From: Octopus sinensis
Taxonomy: Eukaryota
DNA length: 64,000 nt
Direction of reading: 5' to 3'
Assembly: GCF_006345805.1 (NCBI RefSeq)
Contig: NC_043000.1
Span: forward strand, 134,788,001-134,852,000
Shown here: positions 11,956 through 25,769 of the stretch, in pieces
Position numbering within the stretch: position 1 is the first letter of the stretch
Layout: the number at the start of each line of letters is the position of its first letter
The notes under the pieces: model-generated
What the model saw: only the letters and a program-made list of their open reading frames with translations
Told to the model about the DNA's origin: nothing
Database searches by the model: none
Translations under genes and position numbers: made by a program

Positions 11956-13197
11956 TTAAAGAGTATGAGGTCAAGTCTTTGTGTTGTCAAACTATTTGTG
12001 CTATTGAGTGGTATTTGATGTTTTATAGAATTTAACTAAATCTAATTAATTCTTATTTTTGATGCAATGGTCATTGGTTTTCTTTTGAACTCTTCCATTG
12101 GATTTAATGAATGAGTATTTATTTGATTCTTGTCAGATTTCTCTTGTCTGATTTCTTTGTTCTTGAAATAAAAGTCTGTATAGTTCTGTTTATAGACATC
12201 TAATTTGTTGATGAAACCATTAAGATTTGTTTAATACCAATAAATTCTTTGTGATGTGAAGGTGCATGGTTTAGCTGTTAGGGTGTTGGAGTCATGATTG
12301 TAAGATTCTAGTTTTTTATTCCAGGACCGAGTAATGTGAAAACACTTCATTTCATGCTTCTCCAGCCCACTCAGCTGGTAAAAATGAGTAATTCTGTGAC
12401 AAACTAGCGACCTGTCCAGGGAGGAATGTATAGTCCAGAGAAACTGAGAAACCAATCTTATGCTCTTTATGGAGTAATGTGGACTAATCAACCTGACCAA
12501 CCAAATTTTTTGTGCAGTATTAGTGGAAACAAAAGAATTTATGGGTAAACAAATTGAAAATAGAAAGATATGTTGAAAAACATAAAGAAAAGATAGTTTC
12601 TAAATGAGGTAGATGGGTGAAACATAGATGTGAACTAATTTTTGTGTTTTGCACAGGTAAGATTTTAGGGCCACCATTGTGTAGAATATGAGATACATGT
12701 CAACAAGGGAGCCTCTATATAGTCACACAACTTGGTAGAAATAGCAGTTAAATTTTCTTAAATTATACCTCACTGTCCTGAAAAAGAAAAAAAAAATGAT
12801 GCATTGGATAATACATTCAAGAAAAGGAGAGATAGTCATAGCTAGAATGCTTTTGACCATTGCTCAATCAGAGCTAATCTGGGGCTAAGCAACAACAACA
12901 ATGTATAGGAAGATATATTCCTGGGCCAAGCAATGTGTTCTTGTGCAAGGCATATCATTTCATATTTCTCCAGTCTACTCAACTGATTTTCTGTGTCTAA
13001 AATAATTAACAACAGTGGGTACAAATCGTCAGGTCATACTTGTTTGCAAGTGATGGCCAAGCTCTCTCTCTCATCTATCTGTCTATCTAATATTAATGCT
13101 TGTTTTTATGTCAAGTTATTATGTATAAAAAATAATTTAACATTAAACTGAAGAATGGACAATACTTTTTTAGAGTACTTCTTTATTAAATTTTTAT

Positions 13198-13371
13198 ATA
13201 GGTGCAGGAGTGGCTGTGTGGTAAGTAGCTTGCTTACCAACTACATGGTTCCAGGTTCAGTCCCACTGCATGGTACCTTGGGCAAGTGTCTTCTACTATA
13301 GCCTTGGGCCGACCAAAGCCTTGTAAGTGGATTTGGTAGACGGAAACTGAAAGAAGCCCGTCATATATATG

Positions 13372-13426
<55 letters not shown>

Positions 13427-13647
13427 CTGTGTGTATATGTTAGTGTATCTGTGTTTGTCCCCCCCAACATCGCTTGACAACTGATGCTGGTGTGTTTACG
13501 TCCCTGTAACTTAGTGGTTCAGCAAAAGAGACCGATAGAATAAGTACTAGGCTTACAAAGAATAAGTCCTGGGGTCGATTTCCTCGACTAAAGGCGGTGC
13601 TCCAGCATGGCCGCAATCAAATGACTGAAACAAGTAAAGGGAGTAAG
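13198..13647 (+). mobile_element. SINE family A, full length
   Basis: Complete head, (TA)n core and gactgaaacaagtaaag tail. Confidence 0.92.
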
Positions 13648-14496
13648 TGACTTTAAAGTTTTAGTTTGTCTTCAGTGAACTGTGTGTGTGTGTGAGGCTT
13701 CCTGAGAGAGGTTTCCTATTTTAAGAGCATTCTACTTTCTGAACAAATAATCTGTTGATATTGATATATTAATGCTTTTGAGGAATTAACATTAATATTA
13801 AATGGGGCGAATAAAAACTTAAGTTAAGGTGTTATGTGGAAGAAAATAAAGACTCAAATGTTCTCTAGAATTTACTAAGTATGGCATTTATCTAAATTTT
13901 GAAATTATGAACCCAAGTGTGGTAATGCTATATACATTATACTTAAGGAATTATATGGAATGTGAGAGGGTGTTATGTGGAAGTGATATGTACTCTAGTT
14001 TCCTTTTATAGTTGAATGTAGAGTCATCAAAATTTATTGGGTTTAAACATCAAATGAAAATAGGAGAGCAGAGATATATTTGTAGTTGAGTGGCATCTGT
14101 AAAATTATTGATATTTTAACATTTGGGAATATAGGATCAGGAAGTGTGATGATGTCAAAAGTGAGGTTACTACGTAATAACTGAAGACTGATATCAGCAG
14201 CAGCAGGAAGTTGAGGGATGGTCTCATTTAATGTAGAACAGTGGTTTGAATCCTTTTTGCAGTGTTCAACAGCTTCTACTGTAATATTTTATTTATTGAC
14301 TGAATTACTATCCATCAATTTGACCAGATCCATCTGAAATGATTCTGCTCTAATTGTCAGATTTGTATTTTTCAGATATAAATTATTATTATTTTTTTAA
14401 ATATATTAACGAGGTAGCAAGCTGACAGAATCATTTGAGCATAAAAAATTAAAAAATGATCTTTTGTAGCATTTCTTCTGGTTCAATCTGGGTTCA

Positions 14497-15260
14497 AATC
14501 TTGCTATGTTGCTAGACATAGGGTCATCCAGCAGCCACCCTCTTGACCCAGGGCAGCACTACCTCCTCCAGGCACTTGATGTTGGCCTCTGTTTTGAATC
14601 TGAGGCTGTGTGGGAAGATGAATGGAGGCATAATGTTGCCCTCGCTAGTGATCATTCCAAACACCATTATGTTGACTGGATGCTTAATTTTTATCACTCT
14701 CAGTACATGTTTTGGGGACATGGCAAGCCAACAGTTGTTTTCTGTAATCACCATCTGATCCTGGCAGAAATTTTTCTTGTCTAAGAAAAACCAAAGCATG
14801 GTCGGTTAGAAGGGATGCTTGAGTTTGTTCAAAAGCTTCGTAGCATGGTCTTTCCTTTTGGCTTGGGATAAAAATTGGCCCTTTCTCATCTTGTATGAGG
14901 AAAATGGAATGTCTTCATTCACTACCTGCTTGCTAAGAAACTCAGATACTCCCTTGTCTGTGGCTACAGACCTGATTGACTTGGAGGAATAATTGTCAAT
15001 CATGGCCTAGATCCCACCAACAAATTCAGGAGTTCTTTTCTTATCAGAATGATCAGAGTGAGTTTTCTGAGCTGCTGTACCTTCATAGTCACTATTAAAC
15101 TCATCCAACACTTTTCCAATTTTCTGCACTCTCCTCAGATTGACACCCAAAGACTCTGAAATGTTTGTATTGGAACTTTCAGCACAAATGCCAAGCAGTA
15201 CAGCATGTCGTTTCCAAAATTTCTGACAGAGTGAATTGCATCATGGTGGTGTTTTCCTCA
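14497..15260 (-). pseudogene. Tc1/mariner-superfamily (maT/DD37D-like) transposase remnant, 3'-truncated
   Basis: Minus frames give WKRHAVLLG...NLRRVQKI (HTH-like), SKSIRS...YKMRKGQFLS, WFFLDKKNFCQDQ (first catalytic motif decayed) and KHPVNIMVFG...MPPFIFP...EVVLPWVKRVAAG*PYV*Q. Stops are present and the second and third acidic residues are missing. Confidence 0.85.
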
Positions 15261-15819
15261 CAGACAATGCCCAACTGACCCTACTATACTGTGTAGTCGC
15301 CAAAATCAAAAACAAACCATGCGCATATATGTTTTTCTCCTTGCCCTAATATTGTGTGATGTCGTCATACAAGCAGTGTCCTCCATTTCTAATTTTCCAT
15401 GAAAACCTGTCCAGTCACAGGGAAATAATACCTTTCTTGGAAATACATGAGTTGGTGATAGGAAGGGCAACCAGCTGTAGAAAATCTGCTGGCATGGAAA
15501 AATGGACACTAAAACACTGATGATATTCACATTAAGACACTTAAACATTATCTAGCAACTTATTGAATTGAAGTGAATATTATATATTTATTTTATATTT
15601 AGGTTGATTGTATTATCTAGCATCTCTCCATATTAACTGAATTCATGTAACATTATACATATTATTATTGCTGTAAACCTGGCACCTTTAACTTTTATTG
15701 CACCTTCTTAATTGCTTTTCTCTAAAAAGAGCATTGTCAGCATATTTATCCATATTATTATTATTATACACATAACAAGACTTTGTAAATGTACATTCAG
15801 GTTTTTATGGTCTATGGTT

Positions 15820-16140
15820 GTCCAGCTAATCTGATGATGACAATCTTCCCCATTTGTAGATCCTTTTAATGACTACATTCTCAATCTTTGATGTGAATGT
15901 GTAGCTTTGGTTGCAGACAGGACATACAAATGGTTGGTTGAAGAGTTCTGCTATTACTCTACATATATGCATATCTTCTCTATTTTTGGGATGTGATGAA
16001 TACATTTCCTCTACATAACTTGAATATTTCCCCAACAGTGAGACTGCTAATGGGAAGATGACTACCATGAAAATATCTTGGCTCAGGGATCAGACCTTCG
16101 TGTTTCATTACTTATTGCATTGTGTCTTTATTATCTGGCT
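15820..16140 (-). mobile_element. Degenerate RTE-like LINE 3' end
   Basis: ORF 15826-16068 ends FVCPVCNQSYTFTSK...KRIYKW, resembling the C-terminal FxCxxC..S..H zinc motif of RTE ORFs. Confidence 0.5.
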
Positions 16141-16442
16141 ACAGAAAGGTGGTGAGCTGGGAGAATCATACTTACACTGGACAAAACGCTTAATATCATT
16201 TCTTCTGGCTTTATATTCTGAGTTCAAATTGTACCAAGGTTGACTTTACTTTTCATCCTTTCAGAGTTGATAAACATCAAGTTTTGTAATTTGCTTATTT
16301 CATAAGCACAGGTATAGGAACAAGGATGAAATAGCCATAAACTGCGAATTTCTATCTTGCTGTAGTGGAAGCACAACCAACAGTAGAATGTATAAAAAGG
16401 GATAACAACATCAACCGTGGTCCTGTAGGGATGGAATCAATT

Positions 16443-16678
16443 GTGTGTCTCCAAGCTGGCAGAAACGTTAGCACGCCGGGTGAAATGCGTAGCCGTATTT
16501 CGTCTGTCTTTATGTTCCGAGTTCAAATTCTGCCGAGGTCGACTCTGCCTTTCATCCCTTCAGGGTCGATAAATTAAGTACCAGTTTCGCACTGGGGTTG
16601 ATGTAATCGACTCAATCCCTTTGTCTGTCCGTGTTTGTCCCCTCTGTTTAGCCCCTTGTGGTTAGTAAAGAAATATAT
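16443..16678 (+). mobile_element. SINE family B
   Basis: Near-identical body to the 7511 and 54208 copies. Confidence 0.85.
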
Positions 16679-18289
16679 TTTAATTGCAATAAAAAAAAAA
16701 ACCCAGACAAGTTCTCATGCATATCATGTGACTGGCAGTTTTTAACTATTTAAACAAATGTACAATACACAACAATAAATTGAGTACCAGACAAGGACCG
16801 TGGTTGATGCAATCAACTAGTGCCCTCCCCAGCAATTTTAGGCCTTGTGTCTATAGTAGAAAGAATTATTTGACTACAGATAAAGATAGAAGAGGAATAA
16901 TGTCACCAGGTCTCATAATATATAATTCAATGACTCTGAATGACCAACAACCAGAATTATATATATATCTATACATAAACGAGATGAGTATCTCTTTTTG
17001 CTAGAGAGTGAGAGAAACTGTTGAACAATGTTCACTTTAAGGGAAGAAATTTGAGGGAATTAAATGGCATTCTCTTACATTATTCATTTGTAAATAACAT
17101 ACTGGGTTTCTCTATTGTCTGTTAAGTTGCTAGTTGATGAGATACAAGTCTTTGTTCGTTGATTCTTTGTACACTAAACAATCACTTTTACATTTCCACT
17201 TCTCTCTATTTGCATTTTATTATAGGGTGGCACTAAAAGAACTGAAGCAGTGGTACAAATTACATGGGATAATATATTTGTGACATTATTCTTTGTTTCT
17301 CTATTGATCACACCTGGTGACTGAGCTGTTACTTGTGAAGTTGCTCTCTCACTAATTGCATAATGGATTCTTTCCAGACTCTAATCAAATTTTCTTTCAT
17401 TAATGCTCTAAACAAAACACAATGTTTAAAAAAAGATAAACAAAAATAAAGTGAATCAACCGTAGGTTAACTGTTGATTATTGATTAATTAGTACAAAAA
17501 AAAAATGGTGTTTAGACTGATGACACAAAGCTTGTTGATAAAATACATTGCTTCAGTGCCATCATTGTGTTGCAAGGTGTTCTACAATTTAATATTTAAA
17601 CATGTCCTTATTTTATAAACCATAGAGAGTTTGTTGCCGTCTGAATGCTGTAGCATTCAGCCCTCCACATAGTTGTTCAACCTGCTAGAAATAACAACTA
17701 AATATTTCTCAAATCACAGACTCTAGTACTTTAAAAAAGGACACATTTAATAATGTAGTCCTGCATAACTCATCATCATCTACATCATTTTAACATCCAG
17801 CTTTTTGTTGCTTCCATGAGTTGGATGGAATTTTTGAGGTAGATATTCTACAACCAGATGCCCTTCCTGTTACCAATCCTCCCTTTTCCCAAACACCACT
17901 TGCATGACAGTGACACTTGCTTACAACTATCACATGATGTCACGGTAAGGAGACAGTGATACATACACACATGATGGTCTTCTTTCAGTTTACTTCTACC
18001 AAATTTACTCAAGGCTTTTGATGTCAGCCTGGGGTTATAGTAGAGGACGTTTGCCCAAGATTCCACACAATGGGACTCAACCTTGAAGCAAACATCTTAC
18101 CTCACAGCCATGGCTGTGCCTGCACCTGCTATGTTTGGAAAAAAAAAAAAAGTGAAAAAAAGTTGGGGTGGTCGTGGCTGAAATGTTTTTGATCAGGGCT
18201 AACTTGGAGCTAAGAAGCAACATTATAAAACTTTTCTTTGCTGGATTTTAATTCAAAGTGTATTTACTTTGTCTTATTATGAAGGTTTC

Positions 18290-18615
18290 TAGGCACTGTG
18301 AAACTGGCACTTTGTTGGTTATGATGACAAGCGTTCTAGTGGATCCAGTCAATGGAACAAGCTGCTTGTGAAATTAACATACAAGTGGCTGAGCACTCCA
18401 CAGGCATGTGTACCTTTAACGAAGTTCTTAGGATGATTCAGCATCACATAGAATGTGGCAAAGCTGTCCTTTTGAAATACAACTCATTTTGGACAGCTGA
18501 GTTGATTGGAGCAACATGAAATAAAGTGTATTGCTCAAGGACACAATGTGTCACTGGGAATTGAACTCATAACCTTATGATTGTGAGCTGAGTACCCTTA
18601 CCACTAAGCCACATA
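18290..18615 (-). mobile_element. SINE family D-related, degenerate
   Basis: taccactaagccac (reverse head), gtattgctcaaggacacaa and gtggctgagcactccac segments shared with other copies. Confidence 0.6.
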
Positions 18616-18959
18616 CAGGTAGTATATTGCTGCTTTTTTTTTTAATCCCAGTTCTGGACTCTCTTCAACTATAACAGAACAGAATTATCAAAATTAATAT
18701 TAATATACACAATTGCAGCATGGAAGGTGTTTATAAGCCATTTAAGACACACAAAAACTGTTAGATTCACTTCAACATTTAAATTTAATTTGCCAAAATA
18801 TTTTTGTTGCTTTGAGACTTTGTGTGAATGTGTATGTGTTTGAGTGTCTGTGTTTGTCCCCCCGCCATCGCTTGATAACCAATGCTGGTGGGTTCGGCAA
18901 AAGAGACCGATAGGATATGTTACAAAGAATGAGTCCTGGGGTCAATTTGTTTGACTTAA

Positions 18960-19181
18960 CCCTTTCGTTACCATATTTATTTTGAGATGCTCTGTGTTTC
19001 TTTCAATTAATTTTAAACATAAAAAAGAATTTAGTAAAATAATTTCGTTATCATTAAGCTAGTGTTAGAAACATAAATTGTGACTAAGGTTTGGTGGAAG
19101 ATTTTAATTCAATACTTATAAAAACAAGATATTTGTACTACAGAGCCACAGGCGGTTTTGGCCGGGTTGGTATCAAAAGGG
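18960..19181 (+). mobile_element. piggyBac-like MITE P1 nested in a SINE A 3' half
   Basis: TTAA at 18956-18959 and 19182-19185, TIR ccctttcgttacc. The SINE resumes as ggcagtgctccag. Confidence 0.9.
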
Positions 19182-19848
19182 TTAAGGCAGTGCTCCAGTA
19201 TGGCCACAGTCAAATGACTGAAACAGATAAAAGAGTATATAAAGAAAGGCAGTGAGCTGGCAGAATCGTTAGCACACTGGGCAAAATGCTTTGTGGCATT
19301 TTATCTGTCTTTACATTCTGAGTTCAAATTCTGCCAAGATTGACTTTGCTTTCATTCTTTTGGTACTTGATAAAATAAGTACCAGTCGAAGATTGTTTAT
19401 CTCTAGTCAACGTGTTTGGTCGTGGAGGAAATATTAGCTTGCTTGGAAACAGGTGAAGGTTGGCAACAGTAAGGGCATCTGTCCATAGAAAATCTGCTTC
19501 AATAAATTCCATTTGACCCATACCAGCGTAGAAAAGTGAACATTAAATGATGATGATGTTTAATATAGCATTAAAAACCCATATAGAAATAAAATATGGT
19601 GAAGAAAAAAATACTGCTAGTCACTGACCAGTATTATCTTATTTATTCTGACACAACTTTGTACTTGTTTCAGTATTATTAGACCTCATCAGTGAAGCAT
19701 AGACTTCACAATACTTGCTACTGAAATAGTAATGATAGAACCCTTGAAGTTTAAGGATGTCAGTGACCTGTAATTGTCAAGCAGTGTGAGGAGAGGATAT
19801 ATGAAAACTGAATAATTTGGTCTTCTGTTAAAATACTGTTGCTTTTTG

Positions 19849-20175
19849 GTGCATGGCTCAGTGGTTAGAGTGTTGGGCTTACAGTCATGAGGTAGTGAGT
19901 TCAATTCTCAAACCAGGCTGTGTGTTGTGTTCTTGAGCAAGACACTTTATTTTCACATTGCTCCAGTTCATTCAGCTGTAGAAATGAGTTGTGATGTCAC
20001 TGGTGCCAAGCTTTATCAGTCTTTGCCTTTCTCTTGGATAATATCAGTGGCATGAAGAGAGGAGGTGGGTATGCATGGGTGACTGCTGGTCTTCCATAAA
20101 ATAACCTTGCCCAGACTTGTGCCTTGGGGTGATGGGAACTTTTTAGGTGCAATCCCATGGTCATTCATGGCCGAA
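19849..20175 (+). mobile_element. SINE family D
   Basis: ggtgcatggctcagtggttagag head. Body is the reverse complement of 36445-36800. Confidence 0.8.
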
Positions 20176-21150
20176 GAAGATCCTTTAATTGGCAATGGGC
20201 CTTAAGTGTTACTGCACAGAATCTTGGACATGCGTGTTCTCCCATAGCCTCAAATCAAAAAAATCTTTGAGTGAAATTTGGTAGATGGAAACTGCATGGA
20301 AGCACAATGGAACACCCATTTCTGTTTTTGGGTGTTAGACTGAAACTATCTCATCTTGTTTAACACCTCTGGCTGACCCTTATTTGCATTTAGCAGTTTC
20401 TTATGTTGCAAGCATTTGTGTTAAGTCCTAGGTTAAAGGTTAACGTATTCCTTTCTCTCTGCTAGTCCTGGAGGTCCTGAAAAGTGTCACAAGTGTTGCC
20501 CCTTCTTCCTCTAGAAGAGTTTAGGTGTCCAGGACTGGATGTCAGTACTAGTGAGAGGAGACACACACTCATGGCGGTTCTTTTAGGTAATTAGTTCACA
20601 GCCTTAATTTTCTCGGTTGTTGTGAGAGCCTTAATACACATTTCTTTTGCCAAGGCACAAAGGCACTATTTTGTTAAGGCAGCCTTTTAGTTGACTAGGT
20701 CAACTTCAGTGTGTTATGGGTACCAACATACTGTTACTGATTTTTCAGTCCTCCCACCGTCTTTCCTTCTACCTTGTCTCTTTATTTCTCTTATGTTATC
20801 TCATTAACACACATACACACACACACCCACTCTCATACATAAATATACACTCACCCTCCTTTTCCTTTAAACACCCATATTTACACTCATTCACACAGGC
20901 ATGTTATAAACCCTTAAGCATCATTCATGCACACACATATTCATATACACAATTGATAGAACTGAGTTCAATCAGTTTTTCCTATTTAAATTTCTCCTTT
21001 AGGGAAATCATGTCGATTTAAATTAAATCAAATAATATATTTCAAATGACACATATCTCTATCTGTATGCACGTTGTCAGTGTGTGTCAAAATTCAAGTT
21101 TGTTTAATGGATAAATTATTTACTCACACACGTAGTCACTTAAAAGTGGC

Positions 21151-21362
21151 ATGATTTTCCTCGTCCTTTCGCTGTTTAGCTTCTGTAATCAGCCGATACC
21201 TGCCATGTCGTTTCAATAGGTTCGCCTCTGTCCTATCTACATTCTCCTCCCCCATTTTCAAGCCTTGCACTTTTGTTTAACAGCAGTCCTCCACCGACCT
21301 CGGTTTTTCCTATTCTTCTCTCTTAATTCATTCATTGCTTGCTTCTTCGTCTCGTTTACACG
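21151..21362 (+). other. Putative non-coding first exon / promoter-proximal region of RMDN1 (5' boundary uncertain)
   Basis: Pyrimidine-rich and CpG-retaining, ending in a consensus donor CG|GTGAGT at 21363 and followed by T-rich intron-like DNA. No in-frame ATG that joins the next exon. Confidence 0.5.
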
Positions 21363-22818
21363 GTGAGTTTGTGCACTTGACCGTTCTATTAACTTTTTAA
21401 CAATTTCTTTTTCCATTCAGTTATCAGGAATATTTGCTTTGTTTATCTTTTAGTGTTGTTTTTTTTCTTGTTTTATGAATTGAAATTTTTTCTTTTGTGC
21501 TTTCCAATAACAGTACTAATGTTAAGTGCATTGTACATTTTTTTTGTTGCGTTTGTGTCTTTCTCAAAGACATTAAGCGGCATCAATGAACTGAATTGAT
21601 TTCAACCTAAAAGTACCCCTAAAAACATATCTCTTGATCTAACCGTGATAGCCACGAATTCTTTTCAATATTTTATATTTTTGTTTACATGGTTAAAACC
21701 GTTCACTGACTGAACGGGATAAAGCTTAATGCCAGTTAGAAATATAAATCTTTTCTAAAAATATACATATTTTGATGATATTGCATGAGAAATTGAATTC
21801 AAATTATGCATCTGATAAGCTAACAATCAAATCAATTCCATTTCCTCTTTTTGTGATGAGTGTTCAGGTATTTTATTATTGCCTAGTGTACCTGTGACTC
21901 AAATACATTTAGTTTCACACGATCAACTCTTAAATATGCATCTCTCCCTTCCTCTCTCTAATTCCTATGCTTATATCTACATAACCATAATTATATTTTG
22001 TTTGGGAACTTTTGCTTAATTCTCACGAATATAATTATAAAAACTAGGAAAAGTGGTGTTTCATTCAATCATGGGTCAAATTCACTTTAATTTGTTTTCA
22101 TAACTTAACATTTGTTTATTGTCTACACAGACAAGTATCCGCACGCACTCACGCTTGTAAGATAAAAGTTGTGACTATTCTGTACTGACACTAGATGTTA
22201 CTAAGTTCCACTTTATATATCTCGATGTTTGACAGAATTATTTTGTCAGTTTCCTTTTCTGTTAGAATTTCTTTATTTTACTCTTGTGCTTTCTAAACTA
22301 CAAACTTCGCTGTAATACTTTGTATCATTCTTCCGACTATTCTCCGTTACATCCATAGAAATATGTGTTTCTCCACCTTTGTCTGTAGACTAATTCGTTG
22401 CTTGGTGTAAATCTTTAGTATATTTGAAAAAGTGAAGAAGAATGACTTTTTTCTGATAATTATTTATAAAACGACGATTTGTAAAATTCTAATTATTAAA
22501 GTGAAAAATAATTAACGGAAAAGTAATTCTCCTTCATCTTTTTTTTTATTAAATATATATAACTTTTAGTGGCTCTTGTTAATTCCCCGATGCTTTTGGA
22601 AAGAGGTAACAATTGAAGTATCTGATGTGTTGCTTATAACAGCTTCGAATGGATTAATGGAACTAACGGTTGTATATATTTATTCGAAGACAAATAAGAC
22701 ATCACTTCTCATAGACAAGTCTCTATGTATATCTTTACCCTGTTAGGTCGCCTTCTCTCTCCCCCGATTCAACAGATCTTGTTACCTAAGGCTTTCCAGC
22801 CAAGCCTATCCTGCCCTT

Positions 22819-23062
22819 CCTTCAGGCACAGTGTACGAGGAACTGCATCATCGAATGTGACCCTCCTTTTTTTTTTGAAAATATAGTAGGCTATAATTTG
22901 AGGGAAATTTAGCTACTCTTTTTAGCTGGTTGAACGAATCCTTCAGGCACAGTGTACGAGGAACTGCATCATCGAATGTGACCCTCCTTTTTTTTTTTGT
23001 TGAAAATATAGTAGGCTATAATTTGAGGGAAATTTAGCTACTCTTTTTAGCTGGTTGAACGA
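22819..23062. repeat. Tandem duplication, about 121-bp unit x2
   Basis: ccttcaggcacagtgtacgagg...gctggttgaacga starts at 22819 and 22940, differing mainly in the T-run. Confidence 0.9.
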
Positions 23063-23255
23063 CTACGTAGACGTGAAGTTACTGTAATTGAAGACCGAAA
23101 GGTAAAAGCAAAGAAAAGTTTTCCTGTTATTTATCGAGCATTTTATTTGCTTAAATAAAAATAAAAAGTTTCTCTTTAACTTGGTTTACTAAAACATCAA
23201 CTTCATCGATCCGCGGGAGCAGTAACAAGTTATAGACACTACACTTCCCTTTGCA

Positions 23256-23303
<48 letters not shown>

Positions 23304-23349
23304 AATTAAATAAACGACACTGTTTTATTGTTTTCATTTACGTGTTTCA

Positions 23350-23840
23350 GTCATTGATCTGAGGCCGTTCTGTGCGGGGCCACATCGCCTTGAAGCGTTT
23401 TAGTTGATTCAAAAGGAAGTCTTGCCACGACTACAGTTCTTATTTAAAACCAAAATCTGTTACTCATTCTATCCGACTCTTTTTTATTTTTTTATCGAGC
23501 TGCTAAGTTAGGGAATGTAAACAAACCAATACTGGCTGTCGAGCGGTAGTGGAGGTGGAACAAAGAGAATTGTGTGTATGTGTGTTTATAAATAGTCATT
23601 GGTCTGAGGCCGTTCTGTGCGGGGACACATCGCCTTGAAGCGTTTTAGTTGATTCAAAAGGAAGTCTTGCCACGACTACAGTTCTTATTTAAAACCAAAA
23701 TCTGTTACTCATTCTATCCGACTCTTTTTTTTTTATCGAGCTGCTAAGTTAGGGAATGTAAACAAACCAATACTGGCTGTCGAGCGGTAGTGGAGGTGGA
23801 ACAAAGAGATATGTGTGTGTGTGTGTGTGTTTATAAATAG
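23350..23840. repeat. Tandem duplication, 245-bp unit x2 (degenerate SINE A-like content)
   Basis: gtcattg(a/g)tctgaggccgttctgtgcgggg starts at 23350 and 23595. The copies are near-identical. Confidence 0.9.
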
Positions 23841-24967
23841 AAATAATAATACATACAAAACATACATAAACGTAAGCGGGTCAAACTAAAACCTTTAGTT
23901 TGACCCATAAGCGATTCAGCTGAAAAGAAAAAGAAATAAAATTTTTTACAGAAATTGCCGAAGAAATATTTTCGCTTCTATCGAAAGATTGCCCAACACT
24001 GTTGTGATCGACACTCGCTCAAGGTGCTGTGCAGTGGGACTGAACCTACAACTACGAAGCGAACTTCTTAACCAACAGAGCCGTGTCTGCGCTAACCAAA
24101 CTAGGTTTCTCAGCATCATGGAAAGATTATTTCCCTTGCATTGGTATAAATTCTCCGTCTTTCTTACGCATTCCTTTCGAATACATCTTGTTGTATAATA
24201 ATATACACAGGTTGGTCCTAACTGAGGAGATATAAAATCAAAAGCTCTCCAGCCGTGATCACACCATATTGTTTTCAGAAAAAAGTGTTCCCAGGGCTAT
24301 ATTATTTTACTGTCTTCTTTTTTTTTTGTTTTTATTTCGTTGCCCTCCTTTTTGTTATTAATTAGTCTGTAGTTTGAGGAAGATTTGGCGGTTATTTTTA
24401 GTAGGTCGAGAGAATTCATAGAGACCTTTACCACCTCATTCGTTTTTTTTTTTTCATATAGATTAAAATGAATAATTTCTGAATGTAGGAAACTGAACTC
24501 TTTGTCACCAGTGTTATATCATTAATTATGGGCAATTACTTTATCTGTTATGGAATGTTAAAAGTTTTAATATGGGATCGGTTAATCTGGATCTTAGTAT
24601 CACCACAAACTGATAAAACTGGAACTCCGTCGCTTACGACGATGAGGATGTCATTTGATCTGATCAATGGAACAGTCTGTATCTGAAATTAATGTGTAAG
24701 TGGCTGAGCACTCCACAGATACACGTAGTTCTCGGAGATTCGGCGTGACTCAAATTGCAACAAGGCTGGCCCTTTGAAATTCAAACACAACCCATTTTTG
24801 CCAGCTGAGTGGACTGGAGCAACGTGAAATGAAATACCTTGTTCAAGGATACAATGCACCGCTGTGAATCGAAATCGTGACCCTAACATTTAATGTATAC
24901 CTCTCTTTTCCATTTGCCTTGATTTTGAAAGAATTCCTCTTCTTTCCATTCACGCTAGCATTGAATA

Positions 24968-25330
24968 TAATAATAATAATAATAATAATAATGATGAAAT
25001 TATTGTATACAGTTCTCAGGTGTACCACAACTTGTCGAAACTGCGTATAAAGCATATGCAATAATGTACAAATGTCTGGGAAGTGAACAGTGTATGAGTC
25101 AGATACATGCTTGCGTGTGTATGGAGGGGAGAAAATCAGGTGTAGTGTTGGCGAATCTCAGGAAGCATGGAAGTTTTGAAGGATGCTGTGCTCCGACAAC
25201 TAACAACTGATACCAGCGTGAAAAAATGTTTCCAAAAGCCATGGGAGCTGTGCTGTTTTCTGACTTTGTAAACATGTCCACAGGTGTTAGACAGGTGGAG
25301 TTTGAAAAGGTGCTCAGAGTTATTGTATAT
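24968..25330 (-). mobile_element. LINE 3' tail (L2/CR1-like) with (ATT)n end
   Basis: Minus frame ends RSTASFKTSMLPEIRQHYT. Recurs at 38305 and 62505. Confidence 0.75.
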
Positions 25331-25769
25331 GCACCCCACTTTCCCCATCTATCCTAACATCTATCAAATATCGTTCTCTTTCACCTTATCATTGAATAAG
25401 TCCACCTAACTCTGTTCACCTTGCATTCAGTAAATCTCAATCTTCTCTATTTAGTTAATTTTAACCCATCACCATCATCGTTTTAATTTCCACTTTTCCA
25501 TTCTTGAATGGGTTGGATGGAGTTTATTGAATTAGATTTTCTATGGTCAGGTGATCATCCTGTCACCAACTTTTACCTTTTTCCATGCAAGGTAATAATA
25601 TTTACCCATGGCTGGACATGTTTTCATAGAATGTTGGAAATCGATGACACTGCTTGTATGACAGTGACACTCATTTACAACTATTATGCAATGTGAAGAC
25701 AAGGAGACACAGACATACACACACTCTCATTTACACATGTATGTATATGTGTGTGTGTGTGTGTGTTTG

